Source of the DNA: Deltaproteobacteria bacterium
GTDB lineage: Bacteria > Bdellovibrionota_B > Oligoflexia > Oligoflexales > Bog-1112
Length of the DNA stretch: 64,000 nucleotides
Assembly: GCA_947475005.1 (NCBI GenBank)
Contig: CANJLI010000002.1
Coordinates: 2,256 to 66,255 of the forward strand
Direction of reading: 5' to 3'
Position numbers and translations under genes: made by a program. The notes below the pieces were generated by a model. The model had not been told where the DNA came from and searched no databases. It saw nothing but the letters and a program-made list of their open reading frames with translations. Below, piece by piece: positions 38,750 to 46,956 of this stretch; position 1 is the first letter of the stretch; each line of letters begins with the position of its first letter.

Positions 38750-40462
38750 TTATGCACCCTTCTCTTCCACATGCTCTTCTCCAGCTGTGGTGGCAAATAC
38801 CTCCGATAAGGAAATTACCCCTTGAGCCATTTGGTTCAAGGCAGATTGACGCAAGGTACGAATACCCGCTTGCAAAGCAATGTCTCGCATATCAGCAGCA
38901 GACTTTCCTTCAAGAATGGCTTTCTTCATCACTTCAGAAATGGGCAACACTTCATGCACAGCAATACGACCCCGAGTACCCAAATTGTTGCATGCGATGC
39001 ATCCAGCTCCCTTGTAGGCAACTACCTTCTCTACCAAATTGGCAGGGATACCTGCTTTTTGCAAAATCGCAGGGGTAACATCCGGATCCACAATGCGGCA
39101 ACGGGTGCAAATTCTACGAGCCAAACGTTGTGCCGTAACACAAGTCAAGGCTGCAACGAGGTTATACGCCTCTACACCCATATTGAGCAACCGAGAGACC
39201 GTATCCACCGCACTGTTGGTGTGCAGAGTCGATAGCACAAGGTGACCGGTGAGAGAGGCTTTAATCGCAATCTCTGCCGTCTCCACATCTCGAATCTCTC
39301 CCACCAAGATGATGTCTGGATCTTGTCGCAAAAAGGCCCGTAGGGCTGCAGCAAAGTCAAATCCGATCTCCGGCTTCACTTGCACCTGGTTCACCCCCGT
39401 CAAGCTATACTCCACCGGGTCCTCTGCAGTCATAAGGTTCACGTCTTCTTTATTGAGCTCTTGAAGAGCCGAGTAAAGGGTGGTGGTTTTTCCAGACCCT
39501 GTTGGACCGGTAACGAGCACCATACCGTGAGGATTATGAATGGCCTGGGTAAAGGTCGCAAACTGCTCGGGGGTAAAACCCAACTGGGTCATATCCACGT
39601 GAAGGTTGGATTTATCCAAGAGCCGCATTACGATTTTTTCCCCGTGGGTCGAAGGCAAACTGTTTACCCGAAAATCGATAGGCTTTTCTCCCACAGTCAG
39701 GTTAATGGCTCCGTCTTGTGGCAATCTACTTTCTGCAATATCAAGCCCTGCAAGGATTTTAACCCGAGAGGTCAGCGCGGCACGCTGGGACAAGGGAGGA
39801 TGTGCAATGTCTCGCAATGTACCATCCACACGCAATCGAACGCGCAAGGCATTCTCGTAGGATTCAAAGTGAATATCGGAGGCACCCTGATTGACGCACT
39901 GAATCATCACATCGTTAACCAATTGAATGATAGGACCATCGTCCTTTTCTCCAATGCCGGTACCGATGGTTTTACGTGCCTGGGCTGCTGCTGCACTGGC
40001 TTGAGCTTGATGATCTACTACATTGAAACGAGTGACATCCACAGTCCCGTAGTATTTCTCCAACGCAGTGGTAATTTGCAGCTCAGAGGCCAAAACCGGA
40101 CGCGCAAACAAACCAGCTTTGAATCCCACCGTGTCCAATGCCTTCACATTGCGAGGATCTCCCATAGCAATTACGAGGGACGTACCTGACTGTTCAATGG
40201 GCAAGACCCGAAGCTTGCATGCGATGGCTTTGGGTAAGAGAGCCAACACTTCCAAGGGGATTTCTTTTTGGGACAAGTTAATAGAAGGGATTTCATAGAA
40301 CGCAGAAAAGACAGCTAAGATCGCCTCTTCCTTACCAGGGTGCAACAGCTCCAAGGCATGTAGCAAAGAAATGGACTTCTCCTGGGCATGGGCTGTGGCA
40401 GCCTGATACTCAGCTTTGGAGAGAGAAAGGGTCTCTGCGAGCATTTGTTCCAGCGTATTCAC
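38750..40462 (-). CDS. pilB: Type IV pilus assembly ATPase (GspE/PilB family)
   Basis: Walker A GPTGSGKTT, Asp box, Walker B, His box, tetracysteine CTRC..CIAC. N-terminal T2SS-E N domains. Confidence 0.92.
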   Translation of the reverse strand: MNTLEQMLAETLSLSKAEYQAATAHAQEKSISLLHALELLHPGKEEAILAVFSAFYEIPSINLSQKEIPLEVLALLPKAIACKLRVLPIEQSGTSLVIAMGDPRNVKALDTVGFKAGLFARPVLASELQITTALEKYYGTVDVTRFNVVDHQAQASAAAAQARKTIGTGIGEKDDGPIIQLVNDVMIQCVNQGASDIHFESYENALRVRLRVDGTLRDIAHPPLSQRAALTSRVKILAGLDIAESRLPQDGAINLTVGEKPIDFRVNSLPSTHGEKIVMRLLDKSNLHVDMTQLGFTPEQFATFTQAIHNPHGMVLVTGPTGSGKTTTLYSALQELNKEDVNLMTAEDPVEYSLTGVNQVQVKPEIGFDFAAALRAFLRQDPDIILVGEIRDVETAEIAIKASLTGHLVLSTLHTNSAVDTVSRLLNMGVEAYNLVAALTCVTAQRLARRICTRCRIVDPDVTPAILQKAGIPANLVEKVVAYKGAGCIACNNLGTRGRIAVHEVLPISEVMKKAILEGKSAADMRDIALQAGIRTLRQSALNQMAQGVISLSEVFATTAGEEHVEEKGA

Positions 40463-40666
40463 CTGGTACCTCGATAAAAAGGGATCTAGTCCCCCGCCTT
40501 ATCGGTACCTCCTGAATTTTATGTAGGGGAACAACTGCATTTGCGAAAAAGGTAAAATTATTGGTGAGATCTATTTCTAATTTGCATAAGTGAGGCGCAG
40601 CAAAGAAAAAAGATCCGTTTTTCTTGGGGTAGGGATTCAAAACAATATACACTTATTAAACACATG

Positions 40667-40675
40667 TGTTACAAT
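40667..40675 (+). promoter_or_regulatory. Extended -10 promoter element upstream of the 40708 gene
   Basis: TGTTACAAT (TGn + TACAAT) 33 nt upstream of the GTG start. gaggggg RBS at ~40694. Confidence 0.4.
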
Positions 40676-40707
40676 ATTGCATATCTACCAGATAGAGGGG
40701 GCTTTGC

Positions 40708-41067
40708 GTGTCCGAAACTGAGCTGATCATCCAACAAAAGAAAATATCTGGAAATTTCGGATACGAGGTGAAAGTCAGAAAGGTGCCACCATCGCCAATA
40801 TATCCAGATGGATATAAAATCAACTGTGCCCTATGGTTAATAGAAGAAAAAAGGAAAATCTTGATCTTAGACGCACATGAACCATTTGGAACTCATCTAC
40901 ACCCAGAACCTGAAACCAACCATGATCTTCGCATTTCGGTTCCTCTTAAAGACCCGATCGAAGTGGTTGAATATTTTTCGGTGATTGTGAATCGAATCCT
41001 GTCCTCTGCAGACTATAAAAAAGTAATTCAAGAGGTTGTAAATGAAGCCAATCAATATCAAATTTAA
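40708..41067 (+). CDS. Small protein resembling DUF6516 / TumE-like putative toxin
   Basis: 119 aa with central His-rich patch LDAHEPFGTHLHPEP. Overlaps a downstream wHTH gene. The family assignment is from memory only. Confidence 0.6.
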   Translation: MSETELIIQQKKISGNFGYEVKVRKVPPSPIYPDGYKINCALWLIEEKRKILILDAHEPFGTHLHPEPETNHDLRISVPLKDPIEVVEYFSVIVNRILSSADYKKVIQEVVNEANQYQI

Positions 41068-41449
41068 ATCAAATGAAGATTTCTTTGGCGATATAAAGAA
41101 TGCCATTAAATCAAACAAAAGCCTCCTGCAAAAAAGTGATACCATCTATTTCGATGATTATAAAGGCTTTCAGGATTTCATGTTTCCTACCCGCTTTGAT
41201 GTGCTTGCTGCGATCCGGGCTTTTAAGCCAACTTCTATTTATTTCTTGGCAAAGTTATTGCAACGGCATTACCAAAGCGTTCTAAAAGACTGCAATGCCC
41301 TAGAGGTTGCTGGATTCATCCTCACGGAGAAAAAGACGGGCGAAAGAAACCAAACTGTACCCAGCCTTGCATTCGATTATGACACCATTATTGTTCACAA
41401 TCTGGAGATGGGAAAAATGAGCCACTCTTTACCATCAAAAGCGGCTTAA
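41042..41449 (+). CDS. Winged-HTH protein, putative antitoxin/regulator (HVO_A0114-like layout)
   Basis: N-terminal ..EDFFGDIKNAIK.., then ..RFDVLAAIRAFKPTSIYFLAKLLQRHYQSVLKDCNALEVAGFI.. (wHTH). 26-nt overlap with the upstream gene. Confidence 0.65.
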   Translation: MKPINIKFKSNEDFFGDIKNAIKSNKSLLQKSDTIYFDDYKGFQDFMFPTRFDVLAAIRAFKPTSIYFLAKLLQRHYQSVLKDCNALEVAGFILTEKKTGERNQTVPSLAFDYDTIIVHNLEMGKMSHSLPSKAA

Positions 41450-42177
41450 GACGCAATACCTTGCAGCAAACGGGCGTCTTCAAGCTGCTTTTTGCGGTAG
41501 TAGCGACTGAGGTGGCTGCGCAGGCGCTTGGCCTCCCCCAACTTGCGACCTCCATTTACCACCGGGAGGGTATTGCCATATTTTTCCACCAACCCCTCGA
41601 TAAATTGGAGTTTTGCATAGGCCCCTGGCCAGCTACGGTATTCCCTCTTCCAATCTACAGCCGGGTTGAGCCACACGGCAAAGGTTTCCGCAAAGTCCTC
41701 ATCCGGGTGGGCCTGAGCATAGCAATCGCGCAAGTTAGAGACAAAATCCGTACTGTGCTCCTCTATCTCGTAGAGGGAGGGCGTATACTTGCGGCTTGGG
41801 TTGCCAAACAGGGCCTGCCACTCACGCCCCTTCTTAATGGAGTAGGCGTGCTCAAAGGAGTGCCCCGCTTCATGACGCAGTAACTGCATGAATTCCTTGC
41901 GGGTATCCCCCTCTACCATACCCATCGTACGCTTCTCCAGCGCCATAAGCTTCGGATGTGCCAGATAAAAAGGGATAGAGATTGCAGGTACACCGGAAGG
42001 GGAAAACCACTCATCCCCTAAATAGACCTCGGGCCGAAAGAATCGCAGGCCTTTTCGCTGTAATTCTCGGTACAACTGGTTCACACAAGCTTGCAGCGGT
42101 GAGGTCTCCAGCTTGAGAGGCAACTCACAAATTCGTTTTTGTAACAGGGCAGTATAGGAAAGTCTGGCAATCGACAT
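41446..42177 (-). CDS. Putative zinc metallopeptidase (Peptidase_Mx-like)
   Basis: HEXXH in LRHEAGHSFEH and downstream DEDFAETFA. ~240 aa cytosolic protein. Confidence 0.75.
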   Translation of the reverse strand: MSIARLSYTALLQKRICELPLKLETSPLQACVNQLYRELQRKGLRFFRPEVYLGDEWFSPSGVPAISIPFYLAHPKLMALEKRTMGMVEGDTRKEFMQLLRHEAGHSFEHAYSIKKGREWQALFGNPSRKYTPSLYEIEEHSTDFVSNLRDCYAQAHPDEDFAETFAVWLNPAVDWKREYRSWPGAYAKLQFIEGLVEKYGNTLPVVNGGRKLGEAKRLRSHLSRYYRKKQLEDARLLQGIAS

Positions 42178-42417
42178 CGGGTTCTTCTCATAAATTCAAC
42201 AAGTCAAGACCCACGAATACTATGCCCACAAAGGCTTTGAAAGGGGTTTCTTCGTAAGAGAGATGGTGGGGAGAAATTCACTATAACATCAGCATCAAAG
42301 AAAGGACGCTTAACAAAAGTCAGTCGCCCCATAGGAAGGAAGATGAATGTCCCTCTATTTGACACAAATATGTTTTTATGTTTTTATGTTAATAAGAGGT
42401 AACAAAAAAGGAACAAG

Positions 42418-42648
42418 ATGAAAAAGACATATCCAACTAGAATCACAGCTGACTTAGGAAATCCACTGTTGATGCAAATGCTGAAATTAGAGGCCCAACA
42501 AAAAAATATCACCCTCAGAGAAGTGCTGGTCACAGCCCTCGAATGCTATTTTGGGCACCGTCTTGAGCAACAACTGATATACAAAGCCGCCCAAGACACT
42601 ATGCACGAATGGAAAGACCCCAAGGAGGATGCATATGACAAGCTCTGA
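42418..42648 (+). CDS. Ribbon-helix-helix antitoxin-like protein
   Basis: 76 aa. ..TRITADL..LL..LKLEAQQKNITLREVLVTALECYF is a CopG/RHH pattern. Overlaps the downstream MazF-like gene. Confidence 0.7.
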   Translation: MKKTYPTRITADLGNPLLMQMLKLEAQQKNITLREVLVTALECYFGHRLEQQLIYKAAQDTMHEWKDPKEDAYDKL

Positions 42649-43000
42649 TTTGTCTTCCATACCTGTCGGAGCAATTGTTTTGGTTCAATTTCCATTTTCA
42701 GATTTAACATCGCACAAAAAACGACCGGCCTTAGTGCTCTGCCATGTAGAGTTTTCTAAGACCATCCAACTAATTACTGTGGCCATGATCACAAGCAAAA
42801 TCGACACACATGGATTGCCTGGAGATGTCTACCTCGAAGATTGGCAGACATCAGGCCTTCTATTTCCAAGCCTCGTCCGGCTATCTAAATCTGTAACCCT
42901 TGAGACAGAGCTTATCCTTGGAATACGAGGTGTACTGACGAAGAAGGACCACGGGAAAGTGAGAGAACAATTCCAGATACTTTTTGCACCTTGGGTTTAG
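42629..43000 (+). CDS. MazF/PemK-family toxin (mRNA interferase-like)
   Basis: GAIVLVQFPFSDLTSHKKRPALVL is the PemK N-terminal signature. ~120 aa. Alternative ATG at 42635. Confidence 0.8.
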   Translation: MHMTSSDLSSIPVGAIVLVQFPFSDLTSHKKRPALVLCHVEFSKTIQLITVAMITSKIDTHGLPGDVYLEDWQTSGLLFPSLVRLSKSVTLETELILGIRGVLTKKDHGKVREQFQILFAPWV

Positions 43001-44106
43001 CGACAGTAGCCGTACTTGTTCACTCGCTCCACAATGGCACGCACCTGGTCCAGGGGAATAGCGGGAGCCACATGCCCCGAATGCCCATGCATAGTCTCCG
43101 CTGCGAACAAGGCATTGAGCACAGCCTCCTCCGTAGCCTCGATCACCGCTCGGTACAACGGATCGATGGCAGATTCCAGCATCACCTCCATTCGATAAGT
43201 CTTATCCTTGCTGTCACGAGGAATTACGTTGCCATTCGAGAATCCGATGATGATTTCGCCAGAGCCGTGGGCTGCAATGGAACCGGTACGACCGATCCCC
43301 AAAGCAGAGCGACGACACAATCGCATCACCTGATGGGAGGACATGGGTGCATCTGTGGCCACCACTGCAATAATGCTACCGTAGGTTTTTTTGCGACGAT
43401 GCTCATTGGGAAAAGTAGGCGCAAGTAGCATACCCATGGGAATGCCATCCACACGCAAATCTTCCACGATCCCAAAGTTGGACATCACCAATACTCCCAC
43501 CACATACCCCCCAGCTTCTTTTGGGATACGCCGAGAGGAGGTACCGATGCCTCCTTTAAAATCACAGGTGATCATGCCGGTACCGCCTCCGACACACCCT
43601 TCTACCACCGGCCCCGTTGCAGCAGAATCCAAGGCTTCGAAGACATGACGCTCTTGCACATGGTGCCCACTGCTGTCATTGAGCCACGAGTCATCACACT
43701 CTCCCACAACGGGAATCACTACATCTTGCACGGAACCGATGCCCGGGTATTTTTTCAGCATGTACTTAACCAACGACTCTGAACAGGTGCCAACGGACAT
43801 GGTATTGGTGAGCAAAATTGGTGTTTCAATCTGCCCCCACTCCATCACCTGGGTAAGCCCCGAAATCTCACCGGCTCCGTTCAACACGTAGCCAGAACCT
43901 ACTACACGATCCTCAAAAATGTTTCGGTTGTTCGGCAAAATTGCGGTGACACCGGTACGAATGGGACCCGTACCTGGACAAAGCTTGCCTGCCTCGCCTT
44001 GGATAATCGTCGAATGCCCCACTTGCACCCCAGGCACATCGGTAATGGCATTGTATTTGCCAGTAGGATACATACCGATGCGAATCCCTAAATCTCGGGC
44101 ACGCAC
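42997..44106 (-). CDS. DmpA/BapA-family (S58) aminopeptidase
   Basis: RARDLGIRIG..NAITDVPGVQVGH N-terminus. Self-processing Gly-Ser in ..KTYGSIIAVVATDAP. Start uncertain: GTG at 44106 is just below the G-module hairpin, while ATG at 44166 forms an ATGA overlap with the upstream stop but would translate the repeat. Confidence 0.82.
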   Translation of the reverse strand: MRARDLGIRIGMYPTGKYNAITDVPGVQVGHSTIIQGEAGKLCPGTGPIRTGVTAILPNNRNIFEDRVVGSGYVLNGAGEISGLTQVMEWGQIETPILLTNTMSVGTCSESLVKYMLKKYPGIGSVQDVVIPVVGECDDSWLNDSSGHHVQERHVFEALDSAATGPVVEGCVGGGTGMITCDFKGGIGTSSRRIPKEAGGYVVGVLVMSNFGIVEDLRVDGIPMGMLLAPTFPNEHRRKKTYGSIIAVVATDAPMSSHQVMRLCRRSALGIGRTGSIAAHGSGEIIIGFSNGNVIPRDSKDKTYRMEVMLESAIDPLYRAVIEATEEAVLNALFAAETMHGHSGHVAPAIPLDQVRAIVERVNKYGYCR

Positions 44107-44120
44107 ACGCTTAACAAAGT

Positions 44121-44149
44121 GGGGACACTCACCTTTGGTGGGTGTCCCC
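44121..44149. repeat. G-module palindromic repeat
   Basis: ggggacactcacctttggtgggtgtcccc between the ATP-grasp stop and the conserved DmpA N-terminus. Confidence 0.7.
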
Positions 44150-44162
44150 GAAGGCTTTTCAT

Positions 44163-45194
44163 TCATAGGGCTCTTTCTCCTGGAGAAATGTTGCAACGAG
44201 CCAGAGGAGCACCCGCTTCTGCTAGCCTACGCAAAGCGGGTGCAAGAATTTCGGCTAGCAATGCCTCATAGCGCATACCCTCTGCAGCTGCCATCACACT
44301 CAAATCTGAAAAATTCGGGACAATACCCGGCAGAGGATTGCACTCGATAAAATACACATCCCCCTTTGCATTCAATCGAAAGTCCATACGCGACACATCT
44401 CGACAGCCCAAGGCTGCAAATGCAGCACAAGCCGTGCGCTTAAGACGCTGCGCAAGCTCATCCGAGATCTGAGCAGGGACATCGAGGCGCACATCGGTTG
44501 CATCGATTTTACTCAAAAACGAATATACAGGAAACTTCTGTCCTCGGTTGGTAAAAACAATTTCCATAATGGGAAGTACACGAGGATTCGACTCCCCCAA
44601 CATCCCCACCGTGAACTCACGGCCCGGTAAAAACTCTTCTACCAACACCGCCTGATCGTATTTGGCAATATAGGCCTTCGCCCGTATCCGCAGATCCGCC
44701 TCATTCTCCACCACACTCGCAGGATGAATCCCCTTCGAGCTGCCTTCTGCAGATGGCTTCACCATAAGCGGATAGCAAATATCCGTCGGCACCGGCTCAT
44801 CGCCTGTGGCAAACGTAAAAAACTTAGCGGTCAGAATGCCCGCTTGGCTCACCACTTTTTTCGCAAGGGACTTGTCATGACAAATGGAGAGAGTAGCTGG
44901 ATCGGAACCGGAATAGGGAATACCCATGAGTTCTAACAATGCAGGAACCTGACTCTCCCGAGAGCGCCCTCGGGTCCCCTCAGCAATGTTAAAGACCACA
45001 TCCACCGAGGTGCAAGAAATTTTGCCTGGTAACGTTTCATCAGCCTCCAACTCCACCACTTCATGTCCGAGAGATTCAAGGGCCGACTTGATGGAAGCAA
45101 TGGTCGAAGGTCGATCATACTCCGCATGGCAGTCAACTTGGTTCTCTACCGAATTTTCTACACGCCGACAATTGAATGTGAGACCGAGTTTCAT
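44163..45194 (-). CDS. ATP-grasp ligase, D-alanine--D-alanine ligase-like family (not canonical Ddl)
   Basis: 343 aa. ..CHDKSLAKKVVSQAGILTAKF.., ..LMVKPSAEGSSKGI.., ..VLVEEFLPGREFTV.., ..RMDFRL..G.VYFIECNPLPG. The N-terminus differs from housekeeping Ddl. Confidence 0.82.
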   Translation of the reverse strand: MKLGLTFNCRRVENSVENQVDCHAEYDRPSTIASIKSALESLGHEVVELEADETLPGKISCTSVDVVFNIAEGTRGRSRESQVPALLELMGIPYSGSDPATLSICHDKSLAKKVVSQAGILTAKFFTFATGDEPVPTDICYPLMVKPSAEGSSKGIHPASVVENEADLRIRAKAYIAKYDQAVLVEEFLPGREFTVGMLGESNPRVLPIMEIVFTNRGQKFPVYSFLSKIDATDVRLDVPAQISDELAQRLKRTACAAFAALGCRDVSRMDFRLNAKGDVYFIECNPLPGIVPNFSDLSVMAAAEGMRYEALLAEILAPALRRLAEAGAPLARCNISPGERAL

Positions 45195-45206
45195 CGCTTG
45201 CCTCTC

Positions 45207-46625
45207 TTAGAGATGTAAGTGCGATAGAGCATTTTCAAACATGACATTCTGTGCAGCTGGATCCGACCACTGGGCCTGAACCTCAGGTTCCAATGTATGC
45301 AAAGGATCAAAATAGAAGAAATGTTTTCCAGGTTTCACGCTCGGCGCACTAAAAATACTGATCCCTGTGGGGCGATCATAATAATCATAAGACCACGCCA
45401 CACGCTTACCGCCTCCCCCGGGGGCATCCACAACAAACGTCGGCGTGTTAAATCCTGCAGTAACTCCCCGCAGCTGTTTTTCGAGTTGCAACGTTGTAGC
45501 CAAGGAAGTACGCAAGTCTTCCACCCCTTGTACCAAATCGTGTTGGTATACATAGTAGGGCTGAATGCTACAGGCGCCGAGTCGCTTGACCAACATCGAC
45601 ATCGCCTCGAAGGTATCGTTTACCCCTCGCAAGAGAACCGACTGGTTTCGCACCACGACCCCATTTTCTGCAAAGACCTTCAGGGCATCTCGAGTCACCC
45701 ACGTCATTTCCTGAGCCGAGTTAATGTGGGTATGAATAAACACTTGTTTGAAACGACTGCGCGCTTGATTCGCAACATTGATAACCGCCTGCGTCCACGC
45801 AGGGTCATAAAGGATGCGAGACGGATTTACCGCAAGACCCTTGGTGGCAATACGAATTCTTTTTACATGTTCAATATTGAGAAGGGCTTCCCCGATATAT
45901 TGCACATGAGGAGGGGCTACGTTGTAAAAATCCCCCCCGCTCAAGACCACATCTTCCACTTCGGGATGTTCGGCAATATAAGCAAAAGCCTTCTTCCATG
46001 CGGCAGGCGTCGCCTCCAGCTTATATTTTACAACCTGTTGGGTATCTTGCCCAATAGCATAACTTCTCGTACAAAACCGGCAATATACAGGACAGGTAGA
46101 CTGGGGCAAAAAGAGAACACGGTCATAGTAGCGATGCACCAAACCAGGCACGGGAGAATCCGCTTTTTCCCCTAAGGAGTCCAAGGTAAGCATAGGGTGG
46201 TCCACATGCAAGCGAGAGCCCAAGGGTAAAAATTGCGTGCGCACTGGGCACGTATAGGGATTTTTCCAATCCATACGAGACAAGGTATAGGGGGTAATCT
46301 GCACCGACATGGGAGCTCTTGCCAGCCCCAAGAGGACATCTTGTGCAAACGCATCTCCCGCATTTTCCCTCACGAAGTCGAGCAGCTTTTGGGTAGCAAT
46401 AGGCGTGCTGTTGGACAGGGTATTTTTAATCTGAAATCGGTAGGACAGGAATTCATCGGCAGAAAGTTGCCCATAGGCAGGGAGAGCTTGCCAGAACAAT
46501 CCCTCCTCGAAGCTGCGATGGGCATTTCCATCTAAGTGAGCCACAGGTGAGGGTTGCACACGATTGTCATACGCCAAACGACTGGGAGGTTCTTCTTCCC
46601 CCACCTTCAAGAAAGCGGTAACCAT
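45207..46625 (-). CDS. KamA-family radical SAM 2,3-aminomutase (lysine 2,3-aminomutase-like)
   Basis: CPVYCRFC cluster motif, SGGD, QSVLLRGVND, PYYVYQHDL, FVVDAPGGGGK. 472 aa. Confidence 0.88.
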   Translation of the reverse strand: MVTAFLKVGEEEPPSRLAYDNRVQPSPVAHLDGNAHRSFEEGLFWQALPAYGQLSADEFLSYRFQIKNTLSNSTPIATQKLLDFVRENAGDAFAQDVLLGLARAPMSVQITPYTLSRMDWKNPYTCPVRTQFLPLGSRLHVDHPMLTLDSLGEKADSPVPGLVHRYYDRVLFLPQSTCPVYCRFCTRSYAIGQDTQQVVKYKLEATPAAWKKAFAYIAEHPEVEDVVLSGGDFYNVAPPHVQYIGEALLNIEHVKRIRIATKGLAVNPSRILYDPAWTQAVINVANQARSRFKQVFIHTHINSAQEMTWVTRDALKVFAENGVVVRNQSVLLRGVNDTFEAMSMLVKRLGACSIQPYYVYQHDLVQGVEDLRTSLATTLQLEKQLRGVTAGFNTPTFVVDAPGGGGKRVAWSYDYYDRPTGISIFSAPSVKPGKHFFYFDPLHTLEPEVQAQWSDPAAQNVMFENALSHLHL

Positions 46626-46737
46626 GATGACATCCTTTTTATTTGGATACTATACGATGAGTGTAATCATGGTTTTGAAATAAGGGAAATTTTTCTTATT
46701 TATTTAAGGGGGGGGATGAAATCGGGGGCACCCACCA

Positions 46738-46916
46738 GTCATCCCAAGGCTGCGTAGCAGCCGTATGGGATCTCGATAAAAATGCAGGGATCCCATACGG
46801 CCCCTTCGGGACCTTGGGATGACGCAACGGTCCAAAAGGGACCTTGGGATGACGCAACGGTCCAAAAGGGACCTTGGGATGACCGGAACGGTCCCAAAGG
46901 GACCTTGGGATGACGG
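46738..46916. repeat. P module with right-arm unit repeated in tandem
   Basis: Full P at 46738-46823. Then gcaacggtccaaaagggaccttgggatgac twice (46824, 46854) and a variant (46884-46916). Confidence 0.85.
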
Positions 46917-46926
46917 AAAAAGAATA

Positions 46927-46952
46927 GGGTGACACACATACGGGTGTCACCC
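46927..46952 (-). terminator. Intrinsic terminator of the GDH gene
   Basis: gggtgacac/gtgtcaccc stem. On the minus strand it is followed by tattcttttt, 5 nt after the stop codon. Confidence 0.6.
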
Positions 46953-46956
46953 TTCC

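Noticed and set aside
39380-40189. Long antisense ORFs inside well-supported genes (39380-40189 in pilB, 4909-5538, 6289-6951, 13408-14018, 18488-19066, 21847-22524, 45297-46175, 57792-58457, 62813-63493).
   Set aside because: These are shadow ORFs opposite genes with clear homology. Their translations are low-complexity or Arg/Pro/Gly-rich, as expected for antisense frames.
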